From a virus (lineage: Duplodnaviria > Caudoviricetes), in IMG/VR virus record IMGVR_UViG_3300032004_000002, positions 1 to 64,000 of that record: a stretch of 64,000 nucleotides of DNA. One strand, written 5' to 3'. Position 1 is the stretch's first letter, and every line of letters starts with the position of its first letter. A program made the translations under genes and the position numbers. Positions 1 to 10,461 of this stretch are shown piece after piece. The notes under the pieces were generated by a model. It worked only from the letters and a program-made list of their open reading frames with translations. It was not told the origin of the DNA and searched no databases.

Positions 1-257
1 TTCTTGTTCTTACGGATAGCGTCCATTTGCCTCTCCCATAACCCTATACAACCCACATTCTTATTCTGTGCAAGGGCTAGATCAATTAGGCTTTCACCGG
101 CTGGTTTGGCCTTACATGGATTGACTAGAAGTGCATCACTTGGAAATACAGCTATCGTCTGTTGGGTAGACGGAACAGTACCCCTGCCGAAGCAACCCGA
201 TAATGTTATCACTAAGCAACCCATCATCAGGCAATACATTAGGTTTAAGATTTTCAT
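1..257 (-). CDS. o-spanin (Rz1-like lipoprotein), truncated by the window edge
   Basis: Not in the ORF track. Manual translation from ATG at 257 gives MKILNLMYCLMMGCLVITLSGCFGRGTVP..., with lipobox LSGC; overlaps the 3' end of the i-spanin in another frame. Confidence 0.8.
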   Translation of the reverse strand, partial: MKILNLMYCLMMGCLVITLSGCFGRGTVPSTQQTIAVFPSDALLVNPCKAKPAGESLIDLALAQNKNVGCIGLWERQMDAIRKNK

Positions 258-588
258 TCTTAATATTCTCTTGTTTGGCTGCTACTGGAAGCTTACTCAA
301 AGGTAAACGTAGCTTTTCAATGTTTTCATTTACAATATCAATCTTGTCTTTTAAAGCTTTCTTCTCAGCTTCCACTTCCACCACTGACTTATCATCAATC
401 TTGCAGCTCAAATCCTTTAAGTTAAGGGACTTTTGATACCCTGCAATCGCTTCAGTGACTTGGACTAGTGCTTGCTCGGCTATCACTTTATCGTCGTGTA
501 GAGACAGAGAAAGCCAGCCTAAAGAAAGGGTACTTGCAGACAATCCAAGGATGAGATAGAACATCCAGCTATTGAACATCGTCCTCAT
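136..588 (-). CDS. i-spanin (Rz-like)
   Basis: N-terminal TM helix, coiled coil and C-terminal cysteines; lies after holin/endolysin. True start is probably ATG 579. Confidence 0.75.
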   Translation of the reverse strand: MRTMFNSWMFYLILGLSASTLSLGWLSLSLHDDKVIAEQALVQVTEAIAGYQKSLNLKDLSCKIDDKSVVEVEAEKKALKDKIDIVNENIEKLRLPLSKLPVAAKQENIKNENLKPNVLPDDGLLSDNIIGLLRQGYCSVYPTDDSCISK

Positions 589-811
589 CCTCTTTCTGTT
601 GCTTAATGAAGCGGCCTAGAAAACCAAGACTGGCAACACCGCCCATCACCAGAACAATATAGAAGGGGCTCATATAAACAAGCCCCATTCCAAATGCCAA
701 TGACAGTCCGTAGCTTAAGGCAATCAAAATATTAGCAAAGAGGGAGAGTGCAGAATAACTACGCAGTTGCTTCTTCCAATCTTCAATTAGCTTTGGCTTT
801 TTCAACTTCAT
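569..811 (-). CDS. holin (2 TM, possibly pinholin)
   Basis: 80 aa, two hydrophobic helices, charged termini, located between endolysin and spanins. Confidence 0.7.
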   Translation of the reverse strand: MKLKKPKLIEDWKKQLRSYSALSLFANILIALSYGLSLAFGMGLVYMSPFYIVLVMGGVASLGFLGRFIKQQKEDEDDVQ

Positions 812-1352
812 ATTGATACTCCTTCAGAAACTCTTGGTAGTCTTTCTGTTTTTCATAAGAAAGCTCCCCAAGGCAATATGGAAGTGTTTTTTCCCTCCGC
901 TTGACAAGACCTCCAAGTTTTTTACCCTTGGCATACACCCAGCGGATTAGTTGATCGCAAGCTTCAGCATGCTTGCCTTTGTTAACAAGAGAAAGGAGAG
1001 TGCTAGATTTAACATTCCCAATACCATTGTTAAAAGTAAAGTCTGTCAAAGCTTCACGTTCCCATACAGATTTATAGGGGACTTTCACCACACTATCCAA
1101 CTCGGCTTGATGCTTCTTGTAATCTTGTGCAAAGATTGTCATACACTCTTCTTCAGTGTAGGATTTCTTTAAGACATCTTTCTTAGTAGCTAAGTGGCCT
1201 GCACAGTAAGTTGTAAGGCCAACAGGATCAGAATAAGGGGCTAATACAAGCCCCTCAGACTGTAGTGTTAGATCATAGCCAACATAAGCTGCTGGAGCTG
1301 AAAGTCCAGCAGCAATAAAGGCTACTATTAGTTTCTTTTTTAGGGTGTTCAT
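783..1352 (-). CDS. SAR endolysin, GH24 lysozyme
   Basis: Weakly hydrophobic N-terminal anchor after KKK; SEG-x7-D-x5-T catalytic region; FTFNNG and LVKRR motifs. Confidence 0.9.
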   Translation of the reverse strand: MNTLKKKLIVAFIAAGLSAPAAYVGYDLTLQSEGLVLAPYSDPVGLTTYCAGHLATKKDVLKKSYTEEECMTIFAQDYKKHQAELDSVVKVPYKSVWEREALTDFTFNNGIGNVKSSTLLSLVNKGKHAEACDQLIRWVYAKGKKLGGLVKRREKTLPYCLGELSYEKQKDYQEFLKEYQYEVEKAKAN

Positions 1353-1392
1353 AGTAAACCTTTATAGAAGGCAGGTTGACATATCAATTATA

Positions 1393-3996
1393 TTAACTAG
1401 ACTTTGCTACAACAGCCCTCAGTGTACCTGACGCGAGGTCCAAGACTCCTCCGCTCTCGTTTTGAAGTCTTACAGAAACTGTGTTCGCAGCACTCACCCA
1501 CCCAGTTAGAGTAATACCTTGTAAGTCAAGGGAGAATGAAACACCAGAGACAAAATCGCCAAGAGCTGCCCCAGTAACAGTCACCGTGGTAGTTACACCT
1601 ACCCCATCAGCAAGAGATGGTGGGTCATAAGTAGCAGAGCCCGAAAGGTTTACCCTTCCAAACCCTTGAAATGTACCTGGAGTACCAGCACCCGATGTGC
1701 CGCTAACCGTGCATATCCCTCCCACATACCCGCCGGCTACGGCATTGATGAAACGGAATGTATCGCCTTGTTCATAGTCTCGATAATAGTACTGTGTAGG
1801 GGTGGTACTGGGCATAGAACCAGCAACTACACTCAAAGCACCACGTACAGGACTATGATTATTCAAAGGATCTGCAATTGTATTACCTGAGTACCCTTCT
1901 GTTACCGCGTGAAGGCCTACGGAATACCAATCAGTGCTAGCGGTTGTGGCACTAGCCAATGTGCTGCCCAGGAGTACTTGGGCGAAAGCAGCGCCTACAG
2001 GTGCGACTAACACGACAGTTTGCTGGGACGGAAGGGTAGACGTAGGCGAGGCTGTTGGTACAGGTGCACGGTTGATTGGACAAATTGTATTGGATATGTC
2101 CACAGATGAACTATTAAGCCATCGTACTCCGAAATGTACTGCAATTTGCCCAGCGCCTGTAGGGTAGTTTGCTGAAGTTATCGCCGTAAGCAAGTATTTA
2201 CCACCCGCCACTACCGGTACAGACTCACTTCTGATAGAGTCTGTACCCGAGACGTTAGTGGGGTTCATCCTCAGCCCTCTACCCGTAGATGTTGTAATAC
2301 CTGCATACCTCAGAGTGGGACCTAATGTGCTTGTATAAACCAGCCAATTTGAAGAGGGATCTGTTGCACTAACACTTACTAGATTCGGGTCTCTAATAAG
2401 ATTAGAACTAATACCAACCGAACCATTCAACTTAAGAGCCCCACCATAACAGCGACCAACACCGTCTGGTTTAGGAAGAATACTTACTATCCTACAGCCT
2501 ATGAATTCTATACCTGCCCCATCGTAGTAGAGTGTTTGGATATCACACTCTTCAACCAAGATGTTGTTGCACGAATTACCTGTAAAGGAGTTTTCTTGGG
2601 CAGAGAGGATAGATATCTTAGAATTACAGATTTTAACGCCGCGTACAGGAAGTGTGTCGTTGTTCGGCTCAATATTGATATTAAGTGCAGGCCCAGATGG
2701 ACTAATAATATTGATATTAGTGGAGCCTTCCAAAATAGCTATATCGTTTTGGCTATTGTTTTCAAAATAGCAGTTATCAAGAGTGATGTTATCAGCCCTT
2801 TTAAAATAGGTTCCCCATGCATTATTCAAATCAGGGGCTGCTGCATCTCGAAACCCCACAAAAGAGCATTTATACCAATAAGAGTTTACTCTGTCCTCAA
2901 AAGTAGTTCTAACGTTTGGAAGATTCGTTTCCAAACAATTTAGATATACACCTTCATATCTAGCGTTGCTACCAGCGGCAGCTAGTACAGTGGGACCACC
3001 AACAAGTTTAAACAAGTCAATACGAGCACCAAAAGCCCTAACGTTTTTATTATCGTAACCGAAGAACCAGTGCATTCTATAAGAAGCAGATGTTGGGGTA
3101 AATACGATAGTGGAACCATTTGGGGCAGAAGAAGCACAGGAAGCATATGCTGGCTGGTCGTTGGTCGTACCATCTCCTTTAGCCCCAAACTCTGTTGGGT
3201 AATATACCCCCCCAGAGTCCTGCATTACCCAACAACCCGTCCCAGAAGCATTGGGTGTGAACCATGCTTGTACATCTGCAAGTACTGTCCAATCTGTTGG
3301 GAAACTCTTGGTAGGGTCAATAATCGTCCCACCATTGTGTGTGGTTTTTGGTGTAGTTGCTGACCAATACCTAACTCGCCCACCACCAACTGTAGAACCA
3401 GTGTGATAGCCCGTAACTTGTACGAGGTAGTTGGTAGATGTTGCTGTGCTAAGCAATGCAGGAATCGACCCTACCACGAGCACAGAACTACCAACAATCC
3501 TTGAGCCAATTGTTGGATTGGCTAAGTTGGAAGCAAGGGTGTCAGTGTAATTTTGGTTTTGGGAGTTAGAGATATCCAGTGCTGCTTGGCTGGCAAAATA
3601 GCTAGTGTCCTCCATAGCTGCTGTCCCTAACTCAGAAAGAGTTAGCTCAACTGCGTCCAAACGTGTAGAAATGTCTGCTGGACTATCAATCTGCTCGGCG
3701 GTTGTGCCATTATATTGATAAGTTTGTCCTGTAGACTTAATTACAAACTCAAACCATTTAGGTGTCGGGCTTGAGTAAAAAGTACCCCCAACCGCAAAGT
3801 ACAACCTCTTATCTGTACTATTAAACCATGCTTGACCATTAACGACAGAGGGCAGTGTAGCAACAATACCATCCACATTTCTATCAAACATAAAAGAAAA
3901 CTTTACGAGATTATCATCCATTCCCGTATTCCAACCATTTTCTCCGTAATCCCAGCCGTATTTACCTTCCAAAAACGGACTTAGTTGTTGAGTCAT
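1393..3996 (-). CDS. tailspike / depolymerase with beta-helix (pectate-lyase-like) domain
   Basis: FGAKGDGTTND motif, beta-helix-like repeats and C-terminal beta-sandwich-like regions; position after the tail fibre. Confidence 0.8.
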   Translation of the reverse strand: MTQQLSPFLEGKYGWDYGENGWNTGMDDNLVKFSFMFDRNVDGIVATLPSVVNGQAWFNSTDKRLYFAVGGTFYSSPTPKWFEFVIKSTGQTYQYNGTTAEQIDSPADISTRLDAVELTLSELGTAAMEDTSYFASQAALDISNSQNQNYTDTLASNLANPTIGSRIVGSSVLVVGSIPALLSTATSTNYLVQVTGYHTGSTVGGGRVRYWSATTPKTTHNGGTIIDPTKSFPTDWTVLADVQAWFTPNASGTGCWVMQDSGGVYYPTEFGAKGDGTTNDQPAYASCASSAPNGSTIVFTPTSASYRMHWFFGYDNKNVRAFGARIDLFKLVGGPTVLAAAGSNARYEGVYLNCLETNLPNVRTTFEDRVNSYWYKCSFVGFRDAAAPDLNNAWGTYFKRADNITLDNCYFENNSQNDIAILEGSTNINIISPSGPALNINIEPNNDTLPVRGVKICNSKISILSAQENSFTGNSCNNILVEECDIQTLYYDGAGIEFIGCRIVSILPKPDGVGRCYGGALKLNGSVGISSNLIRDPNLVSVSATDPSSNWLVYTSTLGPTLRYAGITTSTGRGLRMNPTNVSGTDSIRSESVPVVAGGKYLLTAITSANYPTGAGQIAVHFGVRWLNSSSVDISNTICPINRAPVPTASPTSTLPSQQTVVLVAPVGAAFAQVLLGSTLASATTASTDWYSVGLHAVTEGYSGNTIADPLNNHSPVRGALSVVAGSMPSTTPTQYYYRDYEQGDTFRFINAVAGGYVGGICTVSGTSGAGTPGTFQGFGRVNLSGSATYDPPSLADGVGVTTTVTVTGAALGDFVSGVSFSLDLQGITLTGWVSAANTVSVRLQNESGGVLDLASGTLRAVVAKSS

Positions 3997-3999
3997 TTC

Positions 4000-4857
4000 T
4001 TAATATCCTATAGCAATCCAGCGATAAAAGGCGCCGTTAAAAATAGCAGTACCCGAGATACCAATTGAAGCAGAGCCGACTGAGGGTACACAGTACTGTC
4101 CAAAGTTGTCAGTAGAGGACTCAAGAATCCAGCCAACATAGTAGCATATTGTAGTAAATGGTTTGTAAAAGGAGAAAGATGTGGTTTTAGCCGATCCCGG
4201 TGGACTCTGCTCTCTCCCCCACTGTATGGTTATCCCCCCAGGCAGATCTTGGTAGCCCTTAGATGTTAAAAGTTGATTACCGCCCTTAAAAGCATCTGCT
4301 AATTTCAGGGCAGAAAGAAGTACTGTATTGCTAGTTTGCTGTTGTGCTTGCAAAGACGACGCCACTGTAGTTTTAGCATCAACTTCAGTTTTAGTATAAG
4401 TTTGAGCTTGAGAATAAACACTAATATTAGTGCGGAACGTTGCAACGTTTGCAATATCACTACCATTGTTAGCTCGTTGCATAAACAAAGTATCACTCTC
4501 AGATTTCAAATAGAAATCCCCGGCGTTTGCAAATGCTACTTCCCAATAAGTGTTGGACACATCCAGAGTAGGATCTTCACTTATATGGGTTAGAATGCAA
4601 CGATAGATAGTACCATTACTACCTTGAATATAACTCTTATCTGCTTGATATTCAGTGATGGCATCCCACTCAGGAATACCACGTTGATTCAAGTGGGCAA
4701 GGAGTTGATCTTGTTTATAGTCAATGGCATTGAAATATTGACGTGGTGGAATCTCAACTTGCCAACCAGTGGCATATTTAGTGTCACCGGGATAAATCCG
4801 ATCACCACCACTTGCCCACACATTATTGATATTGTCGGGCTTCAAATAAGCAGCCAT
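4000..4857 (-). CDS. tail fibre protein
   Basis: IPPRQYFN/GIPEWD baseplate-attachment N-terminus and LPGGITIQWG C-terminal fibre motif. Confidence 0.8.
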   Translation of the reverse strand: MAAYLKPDNINNVWASGGDRIYPGDTKYATGWQVEIPPRQYFNAIDYKQDQLLAHLNQRGIPEWDAITEYQADKSYIQGSNGTIYRCILTHISEDPTLDVSNTYWEVAFANAGDFYLKSESDTLFMQRANNGSDIANVATFRTNISVYSQAQTYTKTEVDAKTTVASSLQAQQQTSNTVLLSALKLADAFKGGNQLLTSKGYQDLPGGITIQWGREQSPPGSAKTTSFSFYKPFTTICYYVGWILESSTDNFGQYCVPSVGSASIGISGTAIFNGAFYRWIAIGY

Positions 4858-4877
4858 ATTATTTATCCTTTGTAAAA

Positions 4878-5672
4878 TTAATAGATCGTTGCGAAAAAAC
4901 CGCCATCCGTAAGAGTGAAATCACTGTCACCATAGTGAAGTCCATACCCCAGACCATAACCATAAGTTCCGTAGAATTCCCCAAACCCTTTAGCACCGGG
5001 AGCACCTTGGAAACCAAAGTAATTACCAGCTTGGAATTCTCCATAGTTAATACGCACACCAACTGTCTTAGGGATAAGCCTTGAGGGGAAGCCTTGGGAA
5101 TAGGAAACGTAGTTTAGAAGAGCACGTTCAAAGTTAGTGAGAGGTCTTCCAAACAACAAGGTTACAGAGGCATCACCTTCTGTAGTGAGCAAGCTGATTG
5201 GAGTTACAAACAGAAGGTTGATAACCTTTATAAATTCTTCGGCAGTAGAGGTTGTAGTGTTCTTAAAGATTTTAGCTTTAATGAACAATCTGTAAGTGTT
5301 ATCATCAAGGAGAACGTTACCACCAAAAGGAGTACCGAAATCATAGAACAATCCGCCTACTACTGGATCTGTAGTTGTACCAAACGATTGTGCATTCGTT
5401 GCACCTTGGAAACCAAAGTATTCATACAAATCAGCTTCCAATAACTCTCTTGGTTGTCCTACAATTTCTCCAATGTTATCGAGCTGAGCACCAAACGCTG
5501 TATCAATGCTTCGAAGCTGCATCACTTGCTGAATAGCCAGCTCAATCTCGTATTGACCGTTGATTAGGATTTGGAGATATTTGTCGAAGACATCTTTACC
5601 AACAAATTGCTGGGTAACTCTTTCACGAGCTTCTTCAATGTACTCAACTACTTCAAAGGGATTAGTTGCCAT
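4878..5672 (-). CDS. baseplate wedge protein (DUF2612-like)
   Basis: AFGAQLDNIGEIVG motif, YFGFQG repeats, follows baseplate J. Confidence 0.75.
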   Translation of the reverse strand: MATNPFEVVEYIEEARERVTQQFVGKDVFDKYLQILINGQYEIELAIQQVMQLRSIDTAFGAQLDNIGEIVGQPRELLEADLYEYFGFQGATNAQSFGTTTDPVVGGLFYDFGTPFGGNVLLDDNTYRLFIKAKIFKNTTTSTAEEFIKVINLLFVTPISLLTTEGDASVTLLFGRPLTNFERALLNYVSYSQGFPSRLIPKTVGVRINYGEFQAGNYFGFQGAPGAKGFGEFYGTYGYGLGYGLHYGDSDFTLTDGGFFATIY

Positions 5673-5681
5673 AGTCCCTCC

Positions 5682-7127
5682 TTAAAGAACTGTGATTACA
5701 ATATTGTTTGGATCAAGAGAATACAGCTCGTCGAAAGCAATAGGAATGTTACCTACCCCTACAGGACTTGGACTTGTTCCGATAGTGAGGCTATTTACAT
5801 AGTGACCGGGCACCGCGTTGATCGGGGTGTAGATTCGACTATAGAGAATATCGTCTCCGATACCGAAAGTAGCTTTCATATAAGCAACAATATCATCTTT
5901 AATAACTTGTTCACCATCTTGTGGAAACAAACTATCAGTGGTGAGAGTCATGCTGATATAGATTGGTACAGGATCTGGCCTACTAAACCCAATGTCATGA
6001 GGAAAACCTTGACTATCTGTGATAGGAATAATAGTGTTTCCATAGCTTCTAATCCCAAGGGGTTTATTCTCCCAAATGGCACGAGCTACAGCAGAACTAA
6101 TACCACCTAATACAATAGGAAGAAAGCTATGGGCTGGTACACCATTAGAATCTACGATATCAGTGTCGTTCTCATAGATAACAACTTCTTCCACCCCATC
6201 AAGATTGATAAGAGCTGAATACAAAGCTTCAATGATGTTGGAAGCTCTTTCAAACTTACTTACTCGAAACCTTTCACGAAGTTCTTCATCTGTCTCAATG
6301 AATCGTCCTGCAATTGCAGATGTAGGGTTGGTTACACTATCCCATCCAAGTACAGGTGTGGTGATGGTATCAATTGTATTAGGATCTTGTGTGACAGGAC
6401 CATACTCTTGAGCTACCAAATCACCGATCTTTGTAACCTTACTGATCCCAAGATTAGCACTAGTTGTAAAACTAACTGTCTGGAAAATATCAGCTAAAGC
6501 TACATCAAGTCGTGTACCATTTACAGTGGCGATCAGACTAGGATGGCTTGCATCAATCTGAGCCTTCAATCCCGCAAGAATCTCTGCCGTTGTTGCAGAA
6601 GAATCAGAGGTAAAACTAATCGTTGTGTTAGACCCTGGCCTTGTGTAGGTAATGGTGTACAACGTGCTATTAGCTACAGTTGTCACAGTAAAACCAGCAC
6701 CAGATGCCAATGTAGGGGATAGTGCTACAGGGGATACGAGATTGAAACGATTATTAGTGGTGGATGAGCTAACTACAGATGTGATAGGGACAAGAACACC
6801 ATTATCACCTGTGAACAGAGCTTGTGCGGAGGTGTAAGTGTTTTGGAATCTGACTAGTCCACCAAGGGCAACAAGGTTGTCAAGGGCAATACCTGTTGCG
6901 GAGTTTGGATCAAACGCGGAATAAACTTGTTGTAGGGCTTCCCACAAATCTGCTTCACTGGGGGAGGCCAAGGCAATCAATCTGCCAAGAGCGGAGCTAT
7001 CGGAGGTATCAACTTGATCGTTTGGGAGTACAAGGTCTTGGAAAAGAGTTACAGCCAAAGCTCTCTTGGTAGCCAGTACTTCTGTAAGCCTCTTAATTAT
7101 AAGACCTTCTGCTGTAACGCCCGCCAT
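5682..7127 (-). CDS. baseplate J-like protein
   Basis: ATGIALDNL and GRFIETDEELRERF motifs typical of baseplate J. Confidence 0.85.
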   Translation of the reverse strand: MAGVTAEGLIIKRLTEVLATKRALAVTLFQDLVLPNDQVDTSDSSALGRLIALASPSEADLWEALQQVYSAFDPNSATGIALDNLVALGGLVRFQNTYTSAQALFTGDNGVLVPITSVVSSSTTNNRFNLVSPVALSPTLASGAGFTVTTVANSTLYTITYTRPGSNTTISFTSDSSATTAEILAGLKAQIDASHPSLIATVNGTRLDVALADIFQTVSFTTSANLGISKVTKIGDLVAQEYGPVTQDPNTIDTITTPVLGWDSVTNPTSAIAGRFIETDEELRERFRVSKFERASNIIEALYSALINLDGVEEVVIYENDTDIVDSNGVPAHSFLPIVLGGISSAVARAIWENKPLGIRSYGNTIIPITDSQGFPHDIGFSRPDPVPIYISMTLTTDSLFPQDGEQVIKDDIVAYMKATFGIGDDILYSRIYTPINAVPGHYVNSLTIGTSPSPVGVGNIPIAFDELYSLDPNNIVITVL

Positions 7128-7130
7128 ATT

Positions 7131-7490
7131 TTAAATTCCTATATCATTGATTGTAACGAGACTTACAGTTGCATCCTTACAACGAACTTTAAAAGTCAGC
7201 GAATATACTCGTGTTGTCGATGTTGTGAGGGTGGAGTTGAAACTTAAGAGTTCTGCAACACCGGGCTCAAGAAGTATCTGTTCCCTGAAGATATTATCTA
7301 CATCTTCTTTTTGTATCTTTTTTCCAAGAATCCTTTGAAGGTACGGTACGCCATAAACTGTGTTGAATTCCCACTCCGACAAAAAAGTTAATAGACGAAT
7401 CTTCAATCTTTGTGCAACTACGTCTACTCGTTCTTGTGTAACAGGACAACTTCCATTTACAAATACACAATCGTGAGTTAGAGGGTTCAA
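7131..7490 (-). CDS. baseplate wedge subunit (gp25-like)
   Basis: VAQRLKIRLLTFLSEW..YGVPY motif, 119 aa, upstream of baseplate J. Confidence 0.75.
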   Translation of the reverse strand: MNPLTHDCVFVNGSCPVTQERVDVVAQRLKIRLLTFLSEWEFNTVYGVPYLQRILGKKIQKEDVDNIFREQILLEPGVAELLSFNSTLTTSTTRVYSLTFKVRCKDATVSLVTINDIGI

Positions 7491-7497
7491 TAGTATA

Positions 7498-8442
7498 TCA
7501 ATAATACACCTCCCTATATTGATTATTTTGGATTAATAAGAAGGTGGTTAATAACTCTCTATGAAAAGTCTCTGTCCACCCATCTTGCATATCTGTTTTA
7601 GTAAGAAGCGATGGTAGGGACTTTTTAAAGATAGATTCGTGTTTTTGTGCTGTGATGCCATCAAGATAATCCCATACAAACCACTTGACTATGGAACCCT
7701 TAAATCCTCTAGATATAATTCGATGCCTTTTATCCACATCCTTAGCTATACCGTACTTGTAACCTATGACAGAATTATCAAAATCTCTTAACTCTGCAAG
7801 ATATAAACTACTGGGTTCCGTTGGGTTATATCCGTATTTTGTCTGGCAAGGACAACCGATACCAGTTCTTACTACAACATCCAACCGTCTAGGTATAGTA
7901 TTATTACAGTCGTTGCAATTTAAGTACACATCGCTATTGGACTTTAAAACCTCATCAGTAACAGTTCCAACGTAAGTTTGGGTTGTTTTTGATAGACAGT
8001 TTAGTAATTTATTTAAGTACACACTAGCCTTGTCCTTTGCCTTTTTATCCACTTTCACACAACAAGGGCAGTTATACCCTTTATTTACTAGAGAATTATA
8101 ATCCCTTAGGAATATGTTTTCACAGTCTTTACAGTATAAACTGATCTTTTGAGTGCCATCAGTTATTGGAAAGTTATCTACTCTTTTAAAGCTTTTGACT
8201 TTGAGTAGCTCCTCTAAATGAGTGTGCCTATTTTCTGGTGTAACATATTTACTACTACATCCACATGATGTAGTGTTGCCTGTTTTTAAAGCGTTGTACC
8301 GAACAACAAAGATAGTTCCACAGGCACACATAACCTCAACTGCCCTTTTAAACTCCTTACCGGTAGGAATCCTATCTACCTCCCTCAGGACCACCAGATT
8401 AGAATATTCAGTGCCAGGAGTAATTATGATCTTCGCGGGCAT
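7498..8442 (-). mobile_element. free-standing homing endonuclease (Cys-rich N-terminus, GIY-YIG-like C-terminus)
   Basis: CACG..SCGC and CxxC repeats; C-terminal LYLA...YKYGIAKDVDKR; inserted between two baseplate genes. Confidence 0.6.
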
Positions 8443-8472
8443 ACTATATTAACTCCCTGACTACTGTAAAAT

Positions 8473-9231
8473 TTAAACCATAGTTCCGGAAGTTCCAGAA
8501 CCCGGTGTCACGCCGGTATGTTTGTGCAGATTAATATTTACGGTGTTTAATGTGTAAGTGCCTGTTTGAGCATAATTCCCACTCTGGCTGATATTACCTA
8601 TCCATGTAGTTTCAGCAACATCGAAAGTTGCTAATGGTGCGTTAAAATTTAAAGAGTCTGTAGCATTGATAGTTACGCTCTTACCAAGCACTTCAACATC
8701 TTGTGATGTTCTTACTTGAATTACGCCGTCCGCCTTAAGGCGCAGCTCACATTCATTTCCGGTCCCAATGTTATGCACCATAACCATATCTTCGGTGCTA
8801 TGATCCCAAACCCGTTTAGATGGATTGTTGGGGGACATGCTTTGAGGCCATGGGGCCGGGATAGCAACGGCATCTTGCACGTTGAATTTTCTAAAGTCAG
8901 TGGGAGTAGACGGTTTTCCGTTCCCGGCTTTGAACGCATCTAACCCCCGCATAGAAAACATTAACCAGACAGGATCACCCACTCTCAAAGGGAAAGTTAG
9001 CGCGCTTGTTGAGCTGGTTGGGAAGATTACAGGTATATTTAAAATGGGCGGGCGTTCTGCTACCCTGCCATCTAGATAGTTTATGTTTACAGAGGGTTGG
9101 GCATCAATCATTAAAGTATTAAGGTTATCTTTTATAGTAACAATTGTTGCGGGCATTGCTGTGTAAAGTCCAGCGATTTGATGATCAAATGAATCAACCA
9201 AAAGTTGTTCAAGGGAAGCTTCTTGTGCCAT
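8473..9231 (-). CDS. baseplate central spike
   Basis: TFPLRVGDPVWLMFS OB-fold motif; C-terminal HKH metal-binding tip. Confidence 0.85.
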   Translation of the reverse strand: MAQEASLEQLLVDSFDHQIAGLYTAMPATIVTIKDNLNTLMIDAQPSVNINYLDGRVAERPPILNIPVIFPTSSTSALTFPLRVGDPVWLMFSMRGLDAFKAGNGKPSTPTDFRKFNVQDAVAIPAPWPQSMSPNNPSKRVWDHSTEDMVMVHNIGTGNECELRLKADGVIQVRTSQDVEVLGKSVTINATDSLNFNAPLATFDVAETTWIGNISQSGNYAQTGTYTLNTVNINLHKHTGVTPGSGTSGTMV

Positions 9232-10112
9232 TAGACTTTAACCTTATCAGAGCAGAACACTTCAGAATACCAAGGGTTGCCTCTAAAATCTCCGTACATA
9301 CGGACACTATCAACCTTGTAATATCCATCGAAATTTGGGTACTCAAGTTTTATATACTCGCCCGGTACGATTCGTGGATTTAAAAGGCACTTGAATTGAA
9401 TACCCTTCTTTTTTATTTTATCTTTTTTAGTTCTGCGTTTATCACCAGCAACACGGTATGGACGTTCAATAAGTCCAGATTCTTCACTTATAATATAACA
9501 GAGCTTCAGATTATCATTGATCCCACCTGATTGATCGTTGACATATAAAACTCCATCGTCAACTCTCCACTCTGTTTGGGTGAGTTCACTGAGTTCATCC
9601 AATATTCTTCGTGGTTCACCAATAAGTGGGTAGCCATTAATAACTTGATTGTTTAGGTTAGTGCCGTTATAAACCCCACGTACAACACTGGGTAGGCTCT
9701 TGCGAATTTCCTCGTACACGTCCCTATAACTTTGACCGGGTGCGGCTAGCTGACTGATCAGCTCATGGTTTAAATCTGTGTACCCGCTGCCCATTTTTAC
9801 TTGGGTAATAATTTCCGTTCCAGACTTTCGTGTACTACTATCCACCACTTGGCCTGCAAATAGTCTAGCCATCCCAGGATTTATAAATCCTGCGCTGAAT
9901 ACAGCAGCAACATACTCTTGCTCTATTAAAGCGCGATGTTCATCGTTAAGATTGTAGATTTCAATTGTAGCTGAATTAGACTTCTTTTTATTGGAGCTAG
10001 ATTTACTAATCTCAAACGTACACTGTAGATTGGGGATTACAATAGCATTATCAGATTTTCGGTAGTCTCCTATTATTAATTCATACTCCCTGTCAATCTG
10101 ATAAATTGCCAT
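9231..10112 (-). CDS. baseplate hub protein
   Basis: ATIEIYNL and CLLNPRIVPG motifs; position before the spike. Confidence 0.75.
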   Translation of the reverse strand: MAIYQIDREYELIIGDYRKSDNAIVIPNLQCTFEISKSSSNKKKSNSATIEIYNLNDEHRALIEQEYVAAVFSAGFINPGMARLFAGQVVDSSTRKSGTEIITQVKMGSGYTDLNHELISQLAAPGQSYRDVYEEIRKSLPSVVRGVYNGTNLNNQVINGYPLIGEPRRILDELSELTQTEWRVDDGVLYVNDQSGGINDNLKLCYIISEESGLIERPYRVAGDKRRTKKDKIKKKGIQFKCLLNPRIVPGEYIKLEYPNFDGYYKVDSVRMYGDFRGNPWYSEVFCSDKVKV

Positions 10113-10114
10113 GA

Positions 10115-10450
10115 TTATTCTCCGTTATCGTAAAGGTAAAACATGCGGTAGTATTGGTTTAATTTCTCTGGGAATTGCTTGTACTGTTCATTGTTCATCT
10201 CAGCAATGGGCTCTAACCAGAAAAACCCCGTCATACCTGTTATGGCATAGTCCAACATGATTGGATATAATGGGACTATGCCCACACCTGTTGCAATTGG
10301 ACTACTGTCTGCGCTTAGTAGGTCCATTATCCACTGTTCTGATCTTTCGTTATATCTAATATTTACGACGTAACTAATGTCTTCTAAAGCCACAGAATAC
10401 GAATAGAAGGCATCCTCAAATAGTGGAAGTCTGATGTATTGTAAGGACAT
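10115..10450 (-). CDS. small baseplate protein
   Basis: RYNERSEQWIMDL motif; conserved position between Dit-like and hub genes. Confidence 0.6.
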   Translation of the reverse strand: MSLQYIRLPLFEDAFYSYSVALEDISYVVNIRYNERSEQWIMDLLSADSSPIATGVGIVPLYPIMLDYAITGMTGFFWLEPIAEMNNEQYKQFPEKLNQYYRMFYLYDNGE

Positions 10451-10461
10451 TTTGCTCTCTA

